Below are positions 36,940 through 45,412 of a stretch of 55,777 nt of DNA, in pieces (position 1 is the first letter of the stretch; every line of letters begins with the position of its first letter). The stretch is from a virus (taxonomy: Duplodnaviria > Caudoviricetes). Made by a program: the position numbers and the translations under genes. The stretch spans positions 1-55,777 of the IMG/VR virus record IMGVR_UViG_3300018080_000215; one strand, written 5' to 3'. The notes below the pieces were generated by a model that worked only from the letters and a program-made list of their open reading frames with translations, was not told where the DNA came from and searched no databases.

Positions 36940-37321
36940 ACGTCAGTACGAAGACTTGCAGTCTTATGCGTATCGCAAGGCTGGCTGGAAGAAGCATCTT
37001 GTCGGCAAGAAGATGGTGAGAGCCATCGTCGCCTCTGCTTTGTACAACTGGCCTATCGTCGCACTCAAGGATAGGTCGCTGAACTCGGAAGTATCCGACA
37101 AGTTGCAGAAGGAAATCTTCTATCAACTATCTATTGCCCAGTACAAGCGCAACAGAAAGCCGTTTGGTTCTGTGTGGATCATCATCTTGTCGGCAGTGAT
37201 AGGGCAGATCGTTCGGGCTATGATCGAATGGTATTGGAACAGGGATAGCGGGAGGGCTGGGTTTGTGTTTGCCAATCTGAGGAACAGTGACTTGGTACAT
37301 GGGGAATTGAGATATGAGTAG
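36926..37321 (+). CDS. Hypothetical protein with one hydrophobic segment
   Basis: FGSVWIIILSAVIGQIV; GGAGG RBS. Confidence 0.6.
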   Translation: MKRYERQYEDLQSYAYRKAGWKKHLVGKKMVRAIVASALYNWPIVALKDRSLNSEVSDKLQKEIFYQLSIAQYKRNRKPFGSVWIIILSAVIGQIVRAMIEWYWNRDSGRAGFVFANLRNSDLVHGELRYE

Positions 37322-37670
37322 GAAGCAAGAGATTCGAGCCGCTGGGAAGCGGGAAAAGCAGATTGGGATTCTGACAATGATTGCCAATCACATTTGGAAT
37401 TACGGCTATCAACCTACGTTACGGGAGATTGCCGCAGAGTTGGGCTGGGAAAGCCCGGGGTATGTTCAGACACTTTTACAACACTGGTTTGAGGAGACAG
37501 GAGATGGCAGAGTCACAATGCGTAGTCGAGCAATCGACTTCAATTGGAGAGAGTACGTTACCGTCGCTCATGTATCATGGGACATCGAGCGACCGGCTCG
37601 GAACAATACTTCCCGCCGGTCTAAGGCCAAGAGGGCGAAGAAAAAGCCGGTGGGAGCAGTATCCAAGTAG
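37314..37670 (+). CDS. LexA N-terminal-like winged-helix regulator (no peptidase domain)
   Basis: QIGIL..I......GYQPTLREIAAELGW.S...V...L ... SRAI. Confidence 0.75.
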   Translation: MSRKQEIRAAGKREKQIGILTMIANHIWNYGYQPTLREIAAELGWESPGYVQTLLQHWFEETGDGRVTMRSRAIDFNWREYVTVAHVSWDIERPARNNTSRRSKAKRAKKKPVGAVSK

Positions 37671-38226
37671 ACCGGATATGGTCTATCTGACAACGGCATA
37701 CGCTACTTACTACGGTTCGGCCCGCTGCCCGGTCGATGCTTTGCAAGTCATCGTCGAAGTTGACACAACGCAACTCGACGCAACCAAGTTCTTTCCTGAC
37801 GAAGACTTCGTTGCCCAAGCCCTAGCACACCAGACCGGTAGGGCACTTGCAGATGTGCATGAAGAAGTGCGGGCAGATTTGGATGGCTACCGCCACCACT
37901 ATGCTGATAGTGTGAAAAGTCTGGGGAATCTGGCTTACCGAGGGGTCATTCCACCGGAGGCGATTAGCCGTTATGCCATCTTGCCTGACCCAGTAGCGGG
38001 AAGGCTGGCGTTGATTGTTGATCCCATAATTTCCCCGGTCAACTACAAGTTGTGTGGCGAGTATTACCGTCAGGTGACTGCTTGGTTGTTTGGTGACCTA
38101 GAGAACTTCCCATTGCAATGGCCTGTGTCTTCGCTGCCGGATGATATTGCATCTGAATGGGTTCGAGGTCGCGTAGAAATGAACGAACTCCGCAAGACCA
38201 TCCTACTTGTGAAGAGAGGTGCCTAA
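37570..38226 (+). CDS. ADP-ribosyltransferase-fold (Tpt1/KptA- or PARP-like) protein
   Basis: YHGTS......I...GL.P, VYLTT...A..Y, Y.GVIPPEAI; start uncertain. Confidence 0.65.
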   Translation: MYHGTSSDRLGTILPAGLRPRGRRKSRWEQYPSRPDMVYLTTAYATYYGSARCPVDALQVIVEVDTTQLDATKFFPDEDFVAQALAHQTGRALADVHEEVRADLDGYRHHYADSVKSLGNLAYRGVIPPEAISRYAILPDPVAGRLALIVDPIISPVNYKLCGEYYRQVTAWLFGDLENFPLQWPVSSLPDDIASEWVRGRVEMNELRKTILLVKRGA

Positions 38227-38582
38227 TGAGAGACCCGGGTAACCAACAGTTTCTTACAAGAATACTGAACCTAGAGAAGCAGATACACCAGTGCGTCGAG
38301 AGGCGAGCCGAGGAGGCGGGGTACGCGATTATCGGCGGCGAGATTCCTCGCTACATCGGCGACGGGATAGAGATGAACGGACAGAAGTATGCCCTGGCTG
38401 CACTATGTTTAGCCATTACTTCCCAGTTCGCTCAGGAAACTACCACCGTCTCAGAGACGCTGGAGACGATGAAGTTCCTGCTAGACATAGGGTGCCTGCG
38501 AGACAGGGAGTTTGAGTCTCTTCGTACTGTCCTGAATCAATTGCTATCTATCCAAGTCCCTGGTCTGGAGGAAGACGAATGA
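38226..38582 (+). CDS. Hypothetical protein
   Basis: GAGGTG RBS, TAATG coupling. Confidence 0.6.
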   Translation: MRDPGNQQFLTRILNLEKQIHQCVERRAEEAGYAIIGGEIPRYIGDGIEMNGQKYALAALCLAITSQFAQETTTVSETLETMKFLLDIGCLRDREFESLRTVLNQLLSIQVPGLEEDE

Positions 38583-38869
38583 GTGTGCCTTCAATTCTTA
38601 ACCAAGCAGAGATGATGGTGATTGCCTTGAGTGCATACCAAATGTTGTACCGGGGCAGCGAGGACAGGATCGTTGTTGGGCTAACACCGCAGCATTGCAG
38701 CGCAATACGGGCAATGCTTCAGGACGATAACTTCAAGGCAGTCGCACTCGATGCTTGGAATGAAGTATTCGTTGAGAGAGAAGGTGAGTTGTATGACGCT
38801 GTTCGGGCTGCGATGCAGGAGTGCGGTGTTTGGGACTCGTTTCGCGAAGTCTGTGGAGACAAGCGGTGA
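38579..38869 (+). CDS. Hypothetical protein
   Basis: GGAGG RBS, ATGA coupling. Confidence 0.6.
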   Translation: MSVPSILNQAEMMVIALSAYQMLYRGSEDRIVVGLTPQHCSAIRAMLQDDNFKAVALDAWNEVFVEREGELYDAVRAAMQECGVWDSFREVCGDKR

Positions 38870-39660
38870 AGAAGCAGCGACCTGGGCTGGTCTATGGTTA
38901 CGGGCGGCACTCCACCCACAAGCAAGACTTGACCCAAGATGTTCAGAAACAGCGGTGTTACGAATACTTCCAACGGAGCCTGTTGGGAGACGGGTGTATT
39001 TGGCAAGGGTTCTATTACGATACCGCTGTATCTGCTGGGAGAACTTCGTTTGCTGAAAGACCGCAAGGAAAGATGGTCTTCCATTCCCTCCAGCCTGGGG
39101 ATCACCTAGTCTTATCCAGGCTCGACCGATGCTTCCGTTCTGTTCTGGACGGGGTCAATGTGATGGAGATGCTTGAGAAGAGGGGAGTGTATTTTCATTC
39201 GCTCGACCTGAGTATCGACACTAGAACCCCGCTCGGTAGGTACGTCCGCAACATCTTGCTGGCTGGCGCAGAGTTGGAACGCGATTTAGCCAGGGAGAGA
39301 GCCAACGAAACAATTGCATACTTGCAATCACAAGACCTCCCTTACACTAGGGTTGCTCCGATTGGCTGGAAGATCGTTCGGAGAAACAAGCGTCGGGAGT
39401 ATCGGGTAGACCAAGAGGAAAGGGATTTCGTAGAACTGCTGCGGGAGGGCAGGGATGCCGGTGCTTCGGTCTACGATCTTGCCAACTACTGCTGGAATAC
39501 CCAGGAACGGTTTGGGACGAGCCGGAACTTTGGGAACCTGTCTGCCATCAAGTGGGCTTTGCAAGCCCATGCACTTGGCTTCCCCAAGGTTGTTGGTCGA
39601 AGAAGGATAAACAAACTGTGGCGGGAACAGCATGATGCTGGCCTGCTTCCCCAGTTCTAA
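38866..39660 (+). CDS. Serine recombinase (resolvase/invertase catalytic domain)
   Basis: YGYGRHST..Q catalytic motif, D.AVSA...RP, GD.LV.SRLDR..R, AELERDL..ER. Confidence 0.92.
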   Translation: MKKQRPGLVYGYGRHSTHKQDLTQDVQKQRCYEYFQRSLLGDGCIWQGFYYDTAVSAGRTSFAERPQGKMVFHSLQPGDHLVLSRLDRCFRSVLDGVNVMEMLEKRGVYFHSLDLSIDTRTPLGRYVRNILLAGAELERDLARERANETIAYLQSQDLPYTRVAPIGWKIVRRNKRREYRVDQEERDFVELLREGRDAGASVYDLANYCWNTQERFGTSRNFGNLSAIKWALQAHALGFPKVVGRRRINKLWREQHDAGLLPQF

Positions 39661-40184
39661 GGCAGATCGCTCTCTGCCTGACGCAGCGACTTGATCGCTG
39701 CTTGTACCCTCCGCTGAATAGTGCGGGGGTCACACTGCTGCTCGTATCCCAGTTGCTCTAGGGTGACTTGCTCTATGAGCCGATCTTCGAGAAGCACTCT
39801 GTCTTCCGCAGACAGCAGCCTCAATGCCCGCAGTGCCCGCATTTCCTGGCGGGTTCTGTGGGTGTTGGGGGTGGGGTCTAGGATTCTTTCTGTCGGGATA
39901 TATCTGCCGTCCTGCCTCTGTTGCTTCAGGACTTCCCGATATAGGGCATGGCGAATAGCCGAAGAGAAGTATGTGCTGACTTGGCTCTTCTCTGGACTGT
40001 AGGTAAATGCCGCGAGACAGATCGCATGATTGGCAACACTGTACAGATCGACCCTCTTGATCCAGGGGCGCAGGTCTGGATTGCGCTTGATGAATGTCCG
40101 CACCGCTGGCTGCACTACTTCGGCAGCCTCTTCTACATAGCGGCGTTGCTTGTTATTCAGTCGGCGGGGCTTGCTCTGGCGCAT
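39657..40184 (-). CDS. Phage sigma70-family (group 3/ECF-like) sigma factor
   Basis: Region 2 (DL.S.A..AI..AA.TY.PEKS..STY....IR) and region 4 (LS.EDR.LL......TL..LG.......TI). Confidence 0.8.
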   Translation of the reverse strand: MRQSKPRRLNNKQRRYVEEAAEVVQPAVRTFIKRNPDLRPWIKRVDLYSVANHAICLAAFTYSPEKSQVSTYFSSAIRHALYREVLKQQRQDGRYIPTERILDPTPNTHRTRQEMRALRALRLLSAEDRVLLEDRLIEQVTLEQLGYEQQCDPRTIQRRVQAAIKSLRQAESDLP

Positions 40185-40467
40185 CGGAATGTACTCGGAT
40201 AAGTGTGTCGAGTTTCGCGCCGATCAATTCCAGCCTTTCTGTATGTCTTTTTTGCCCGTCTACTATCTGCTCCACCACCTCAAAATGTGCGTCCAACAAC
40301 GGTTGGACGATGTCTGTCTTGAGCCAGTAGCCCACAATGAGCAGAAGTAGGGTGGGTACACCGAACCGCTCTGCTACCCGGAGTCCGAACTCGGCGTAAG
40401 GACTGAGGTGGTGGTGGCTTGTGGACTGCGAGGGGCGAGATTCAACTCGCACTGCTGCGTCTGACAT
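40153..40467 (-). CDS. Holin-like membrane protein
   Basis: ERFGVPTLLLLIVGYW hydrophobic helix followed by coiled coil; start uncertain. Confidence 0.5.
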   Translation of the reverse strand: MSDAAVRVESRPSQSTSHHHLSPYAEFGLRVAERFGVPTLLLLIVGYWLKTDIVQPLLDAHFEVVEQIVDGQKRHTERLELIGAKLDTLIRVHSDAPEQAPPTE

Positions 40468-40556
40468 TTCTGCTGAACCTGGGTGGGGGGGTGGCTGACG
40501 GGGGGTTCCACAGTAGCGATTCCAAATGCCACTGCTGCTGCTACTAGGACGTTCAT
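40374..40556 (-). CDS. Small secreted-type peptide, 60 aa
   Basis: ATGA coupling to the peptidase stop; MNVLVAAAVAFGIA signal-like start. Confidence 0.4.
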   Translation of the reverse strand: MNVLVAAAVAFGIATVEPPVSHPPTQVQQKCQTQQCELNLAPRSPQATTTSVLTPSSDSG

Positions 40557-41572
40557 ACAATCCCCCCCAGCCCCCAGTTGGGCATGATCCTGGCGGGCCA
40601 GCCCGCACTGGCCCCCATCGCTACTGCGTAACGATTGTCTAGGTCTGTCCACTTCGCCCAGAAAGAACCATGCGGAATCTCTATGTCTGTTCCTGGAATA
40701 CCCCTCTCACCTGAAATCCAATTGTTTCCCCAAGAATTGATAACCAAAATCAGACCACAACCCTCTCGTTCTATCGTCTCTGGCCGGTCATCAACCGCAC
40801 CATAGGCCATAGCATGATGCCAAGTCTGCCTGCTTCTGCTAGCAACACCGTACTTGTTCCGCGTCTTCTCGAATGCCTCTGATCCGCATGAGGAGATGGC
40901 ATTTCCGGTAGCCAGCATATCTCGCACCGACTCATAGGTGCGGCAGACCGTTGTGTTCTGGCAAAGATTCTCTTGCCCCTTGGTAACTATCTCTGCTGGC
41001 GGGCTGAGTCTCCCCCATTTCCCTGCAACCTGGGGAGAGTATTTCGTTAGGTCGAACCCCAGTTCTGGGTAGTCTCGGCGAATCCACATCGCGCTTTTTG
41101 TCAGTGCTATCTCTGCTGCCTCGGCGCACTGCCAACCCTCCCCAGAATGACCGCGATACCAGTATAGGGCTTCGCTACTAATGCAGCCTGACCGAACTGC
41201 CTCGTCTGACAATTCTGGGATACTGTGCTTGTCTGGGTTAGACCCATACTGGAGTTCGTACATATAAGAAATCCAGATCGCAGTCCGCGTCGAGAAACTG
41301 ACGCAGTCGCCTCGCTCCTGGGCGCGACCGGGAATAGCCTCTGGGTATCTGTCGCTCACCGCTCGGTATGGCAAACTGAGTTTCCCTTCGCCTGCACCAT
41401 AGATTCCATACTGGGAACAGGCATCCTCCGCGTATCGGTTTTGCCCTCTGTCCTCAATGGTCTTGAGGAGATGCTCGGCCCCGGCGGCATCCCAGTACGC
41501 TCCTTCAAGGCCGCGCTCATACGCCTCCTCGATCAGCAGCGGGTCGCTGGCTATCAATTCGCGGTCGCGCAC
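40553..41572 (-). CDS. Papain-like (C1) cysteine peptidase
   Basis: Q..GDCVSF (Gln/Cys), HAM (His), INSWG..W (Asn). Confidence 0.85.
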   Translation of the reverse strand: MRDRELIASDPLLIEEAYERGLEGAYWDAAGAEHLLKTIEDRGQNRYAEDACSQYGIYGAGEGKLSLPYRAVSDRYPEAIPGRAQERGDCVSFSTRTAIWISYMYELQYGSNPDKHSIPELSDEAVRSGCISSEALYWYRGHSGEGWQCAEAAEIALTKSAMWIRRDYPELGFDLTKYSPQVAGKWGRLSPPAEIVTKGQENLCQNTTVCRTYESVRDMLATGNAISSCGSEAFEKTRNKYGVASRSRQTWHHAMAYGAVDDRPETIEREGCGLILVINSWGNNWISGERGIPGTDIEIPHGSFWAKWTDLDNRYAVAMGASAGWPARIMPNWGLGGIV

Positions 41573-42060
41573 AGTTCTGCCATCCGCGAGAGGGTTGATG
41601 CGATTTCGCTACGCAAAGAGGGATTCATCAGCACCTCCTCCTTGCCGACGCCAACGTCCAGCATTCGCTCTATGGCGGCAGACAGTCCGGTAGTAGGCTG
41701 GTTGTCTCCGATGCCTCGCCAGACAACGAGCAGCCCCGCCCGATGCCCCCTGCGGAATGCCTGGGTATCGACAAGGGTGGGTTCCGATAGTTCGCCGTCC
41801 GCAACCACCGCGCGGGCGAGCGCACCATAGAACTCGCCGAGCAGCGTCCTGTCCGCTGGCTTGAGTGAACTAGCCTGTTCCCAGAAGTCCCGCTCTGCGT
41901 CAGTTAGATGCTCGGGAACTACGACCGGATTGTCCGGGACAAGCGGGCCTAGCGGCAAACCGTTAGGCAGCCTGTGTCCGACGAAGACGGCCAAAGCGGC
42001 CAGCACAAAAAAAATTTGTGTTGAACCCAAAAATTTTTGGGAGGCACTATTTGGTGGCAT
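41554..42060 (-). CDS. Membrane-anchored protein
   Basis: N-terminal IFFVLAALAVFV, Pro-rich linker, helical domain. Confidence 0.6.
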   Translation of the reverse strand: MPPNSASQKFLGSTQIFFVLAALAVFVGHRLPNGLPLGPLVPDNPVVVPEHLTDAERDFWEQASSLKPADRTLLGEFYGALARAVVADGELSEPTLVDTQAFRRGHRAGLLVVWRGIGDNQPTTGLSAAIERMLDVGVGKEEVLMNPSLRSEIASTLSRMAELCATAN

Positions 42061-42376
42061 TTGTTTTGACTGCTTTTTCGGGCGTTTTTATCGCGATGTC
42101 TGTACGCAAAACATTGTTCGGCTCGCCGCCAAGCAGCCGCCAAATCAGTTCGCGCGCGAGCGGGACACACTTATCTGAATCTTGGGTGCCCTTGGCCTCG
42201 TCCGAAAAACGCATGAGCGTTGTTACCCACTCCTCATGCCAGCCCAGCGGGACGGCAGGATCGCTAGGCTTGCCCGGTGCCAAGATTCCTAGCAAGGCAG
42301 CCCTATTGCTGTAGCCGTACCATAGGATGGCGGCGGCAGCGATGGCGATGTAGCCAAGATATTCAGTCGGTTGCAT
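42047..42376 (-). CDS. Membrane-anchored protein
   Basis: YLGYIAIAAAAILWY; GAGGGTGA RBS. Confidence 0.6.
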   Translation of the reverse strand: MQPTEYLGYIAIAAAAILWYGYSNRAALLGILAPGKPSDPAVPLGWHEEWVTTLMRFSDEAKGTQDSDKCVPLARELIWRLLGGEPNNVLRTDIAIKTPEKAVKTNATK

Positions 42377-42626
42377 TCACCCTCTCCATCAGCAGGCAAA
42401 TTTGGTCGCACAGATAATCTACCAAAGCCTTGCCCTCTGGTGTGACAACGATGTCTTCGATCAGTCCGACAATGCGGTCATCATGTTCAAATGGGGTTTG
42501 TTTGGCAACCCATTCGATGATGTCGATAACTGCGAGAACCCGCTTCACACCGGGGGGTGAGTCGGGCAGAGAGGTAATCATTTGCAGCAGCGGGAGCAGT
42601 TGCAAAAGCAATTTGAGATTGGGCAT
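42363..42626 (-). CDS. Hypothetical protein, first gene of the putative lysis cassette
   Basis: AGGTG RBS; T...DD motif. Confidence 0.6.
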   Translation of the reverse strand: MPNLKLLLQLLPLLQMITSLPDSPPGVKRVLAVIDIIEWVAKQTPFEHDDRIVGLIEDIVVTPEGKALVDYLCDQICLLMERVNATD

Positions 42627-42661
42627 CTCGCACCTGTAGAAGGGGAATTCCGTAAGCCCTC

Positions 42662-42686
42662 TGTATATGGTGCTAATTATTTCAAA
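42662..42686 (-). promoter_or_regulatory. Candidate late promoter TTTG-N12-CCATATACA (copy 2)
   Basis: In the gap ahead of the putative lysis cassette. Confidence 0.5.
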
Positions 42687-42961
42687 TCGGCAGTGGGTGA
42701 GAACGCCGAATTTGAGCGTTGTGCGAGGCTATTCAGATACCATTTTTTGTCTATGCCACAGGCTTCGCAGGCTTCCGAGAATGTGATTAGCCCTTTGTCC
42801 TGGCATAGCCAATCTCGTATCGTCCTTCGGCCCCGAATGCGCTCCTTGTTGTGGGTGCGATGCACCAACTCCTGTGCTGATCGCAGCAGCATCGCAGCGC
42901 AAAGCGACCGCCACCCCCCAAGCAACTCATCGTCACTGAGCCTCTGATCCTCTGCATCCAT
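42677..42961 (-). CDS. Hypothetical protein (L..A.L..A...WL....TF...CE..GID family)
   Basis: GGAGG RBS before MDAEDQ. Confidence 0.65.
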   Translation of the reverse strand: MDAEDQRLSDDELLGGWRSLCAAMLLRSAQELVHRTHNKERIRGRRTIRDWLCQDKGLITFSEACEACGIDKKWYLNSLAQRSNSAFSPTADLK

Positions 42962-43166
42962 GCCGTGCCTCCAGTGTTGCAATCTCCCTCTCTAAATACC
43001 ACCGGGCCTTCTTCAGGTCTTCCAGTTCGCTCGTTTGGCTCTTGCGTCCAGCCCTGGCGACATACTTGATGACGTTGCCTCGGCAGAAGTTCATTGTTTC
43101 AGTAAGGGTGATGACGCTTGCCCCGTTCGGCATATCGTAGTAGTCCCGGTCTTCCTCGCTCGTCAT
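42933..43166 (-). CDS. DUF3310 (SaV / T7 gp1.7-like) protein
   Basis: FCRGNVIKYV.RAGRK....EDLKKA.WYL. Confidence 0.85.
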   Translation of the reverse strand: MTSEEDRDYYDMPNGASVITLTETMNFCRGNVIKYVARAGRKSQTSELEDLKKARWYLEREIATLEARHGCRGSEAQ

Positions 43167-43468
43167 TCTCCCCCCCGGTAGTGAATAGTGATTGCCCCGT
43201 AAATGGCCCAAAAGATGCTGTCATGCTCGGTATGGATGGGAACGCACACCTCATGGCGAATGGCATGGGCGTACTCCTCTATAAGCGTATCTGCCATTAC
43301 CTCGTCACTGGCCTGGGCTATGCGAATCCTAACCCGATCACCCTCGCATTCCATCTCGCCATGCAGTCCCGGCAGGCTGGACGGCGGCAGCACCCTGACT
43401 GTCGTTTTACGTCTCAGCGGATAATGCCGACGTAGCCATCTGCACAGTCTCCGCATTCTCATAGGCAT
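43163..43468 (-). CDS. Zincin-like small protein
   Basis: TLIEEYAHA...H...FW (HExxH variant); start uncertain. Confidence 0.5.
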   Translation of the reverse strand: MPMRMRRLCRWLRRHYPLRRKTTVRVLPPSSLPGLHGEMECEGDRVRIRIAQASDEVMADTLIEEYAHAIRHEVCVPIHTEHDSIFWAIYGAITIHYRGGE

Positions 43469-43778
43469 GGCATAACACCGGTAGGTCAGTCACCCTAATA
43501 GTCAGCAGCCATTCGGAGCGAGAACGACGATGCATGAGGACGGGAGTCCTTCTGCCACTTTGAGATATGGCTATCTCCATAGCCTTAGTCACATTCAATC
43601 GCTCATTTCGCTTGACTTCCCACCACAATTGCGGAGTCTGCTCCACCCGTAGATCGGCAGAATCGGCAGTCCCGCAGTGCTGTTGTGTCCTGCCGCACAC
43701 CCAACCGAATAGATCGCGCAGAAACTTCGCGGCTTCCAGTTCTCCGTTCTTCCCTTTTCGCCGAGAATTCAAGGCCAT
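43407..43778 (-). CDS. Holliday-junction resolvase-like PD-(D/E)xK nuclease
   Basis: NSRRKG..GELE...ADL....WEVKR.E.L. Confidence 0.85.
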   Translation of the reverse strand: MALNSRRKGKNGELEAAKFLRDLFGWVCGRTQQHCGTADSADLRVEQTPQLWWEVKRNERLNVTKAMEIAISQSGRRTPVLMHRRSRSEWLLTIRVTDLPVLCHAYENAETVQMATSALSAET

Positions 43779-44152
43779 GCTTTCCCCCCTCCATACCTTT
43801 CGGCTAGGTACTCCTCTGGTATCTCTTCAGGCTCATACGGCAGATTTGCCCACCGACGCAGTTTCGCCAAGACTTTAGTATCGAACTCGCCGTCTTCCTC
43901 AAACTTGGCCGTCAGGATAGCACCGGGCCTTAGTGCGGGGTAGTCGGCCAGATTGTCATGGACTGCCCGATGGCAGCGATTGCAAAGCAAACACCAGTTT
44001 TCTGGTATGTCCTTGCGACCCGGCCCCCCGACAATGTGGTGAACTTCCAGCCAACGTCCCCTCTCGTCTATCTGCCAGTGGCAGACCGCGCATCTCCCCC
44101 GCAGCATCACATAGTCATTCTTGTCCAAGTCCTTCGGGAGCCTTATTGTCAT
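43769..44152 (-). CDS. HNH endonuclease
   Basis: CAVC...LEVHHI..G.....EN...LC.RCH..VH. Confidence 0.85.
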   Translation of the reverse strand: MTIRLPKDLDKNDYVMLRGRCAVCHWQIDERGRWLEVHHIVGGPGRKDIPENWCLLCNRCHRAVHDNLADYPALRPGAILTAKFEEDGEFDTKVLAKLRRWANLPYEPEEIPEEYLAERYGGGKAWP

Positions 44153-44615
44153 TAGGGTGTTTCCTTATCCATCCATCTGCGACCTTGGCATATTGACGTA
44201 TGTCAACGAATGACAGGTCTTTGGCAATCTTGAGAAATGAATCTGCAAATACTGCGACGGGAACCTCTTGGTTCAGCACACCGTCAACGAGCAGGATGGA
44301 CACCAACGCATGGGCTAGACCTCGATTGCGGAAATCGGGATCGACAAACCCTTGTAGCGATAGTGCCCTGTCCCATTGAGTGACGCTGACCCATCCGAGG
44401 CAATGCAGTGAATCGGTATATGGGTCAGACCAAAGGCAGATCGACATTGGGAAATCTGCTGACTCTGGGCTGTCGCTAGAACCTGCGCTCGACTCTGAGT
44501 ATTCGACGAAGAATCGGTGCATCTCTGAGCCGGGGTTCGACAGTTTTCTGGCAATTTCGCTGGCTACCCAATCTGGCAATGCGCTACTGCGGGTAGTCTG
44601 TATTGTTACACTCAT
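44115..44615 (-). CDS. GNAT-family acetyltransferase-like protein
   Basis: FVDPDFRNRGLA..L acetyl-CoA motif A. Confidence 0.65.
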   Translation of the reverse strand: MSVTIQTTRSSALPDWVASEIARKLSNPGSEMHRFFVEYSESSAGSSDSPESADFPMSICLWSDPYTDSLHCLGWVSVTQWDRALSLQGFVDPDFRNRGLAHALVSILLVDGVLNQEVPVAVFADSFLKIAKDLSFVDIRQYAKVADGWIRKHPNDNKAPEGLGQE

Positions 44616-44618
44616 TTC

Positions 44619-45170
44619 TTAAATCCAATCTAGGATGCTTTCCCATTCGGCGACCGGCATAAACAGAACCTTGTTCAATTGACAGGCCCAACTGAAACTC
44701 TTGCGGTCATCAAGTTTCAGTGATTTCTCCTCCAGCGTCCAGTAGGGTTTGGTTGCGGGGATAATCACACCCATGTGCGTCATCGCTCTATTGGCAGTTA
44801 GGTAACACAGGAACGGTGTGGTGTATCGCCTTCGTTCTGTTACTCCCATGTTGTAATACTGGTGTGCCGGGATGCTCCGATCCCGCATCTTGTATTCTTC
44901 ATTAATGTAAAAGGTGGGGTACGGGTAATCGTCCTTGTTGGTGAAGTCGAACTTCCGACGCTTCGCCTCAATGGGGAATCCGTTTAGTGCCATATCGGGG
45001 TCAGGATCGGGAGTGTGAGAGATCACCTGTTCGGCTGGCTTTGGTGCGCGCAGCCCAGAGAACCGCTGCCTGAGCAAGCGGTAGACCTTGAACTCCCACT
45101 CCTTGCCGTAGTGGATGAACCGCTCAAATTCTGCGTCTGTTCGTCCCATCTCCATGTATATGGACTCCAT
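44619..45170 (-). CDS. PD-(D/E)xK nuclease-like protein
   Basis: DPDM.....IEAKRR..FT...DYPY; true start may be a later ATG (MEMG...). Confidence 0.6.
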   Translation of the reverse strand: MESIYMEMGRTDAEFERFIHYGKEWEFKVYRLLRQRFSGLRAPKPAEQVISHTPDPDPDMALNGFPIEAKRRKFDFTNKDDYPYPTFYINEEYKMRDRSIPAHQYYNMGVTERRRYTTPFLCYLTANRAMTHMGVIIPATKPYWTLEEKSLKLDDRKSFSWACQLNKVLFMPVAEWESILDWI

Positions 45171-45179
45171 CTGCGCAAA
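45155..45179 (-). promoter_or_regulatory. Candidate late promoter TTTG-N12-CCATATACA (copy 3)
   Basis: At the head of the nuclease gene cluster. Confidence 0.4.
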
Positions 45180-45412
45180 CCCCCGTTCTGCATAGAGGGG
45201 GGTGTTCCTTATGCTGGGGCGATACCCAAGCCGCAGGGGACGCCTTATTGGGGGGCTTCCTCTATGCAGTTGCCAGACCCGGGGGGGAGGTGCTGGACTT
45301 CGCGCGACCCTGTGGTTGTCCGTCCGATCAAGTTCAGGACGGTTTTGTTTATGCTGGCGACTTTTGATTTCGGGGCGGTGGTGTCGGCCAGTACATGAAC
45401 ACCGCTATATCG

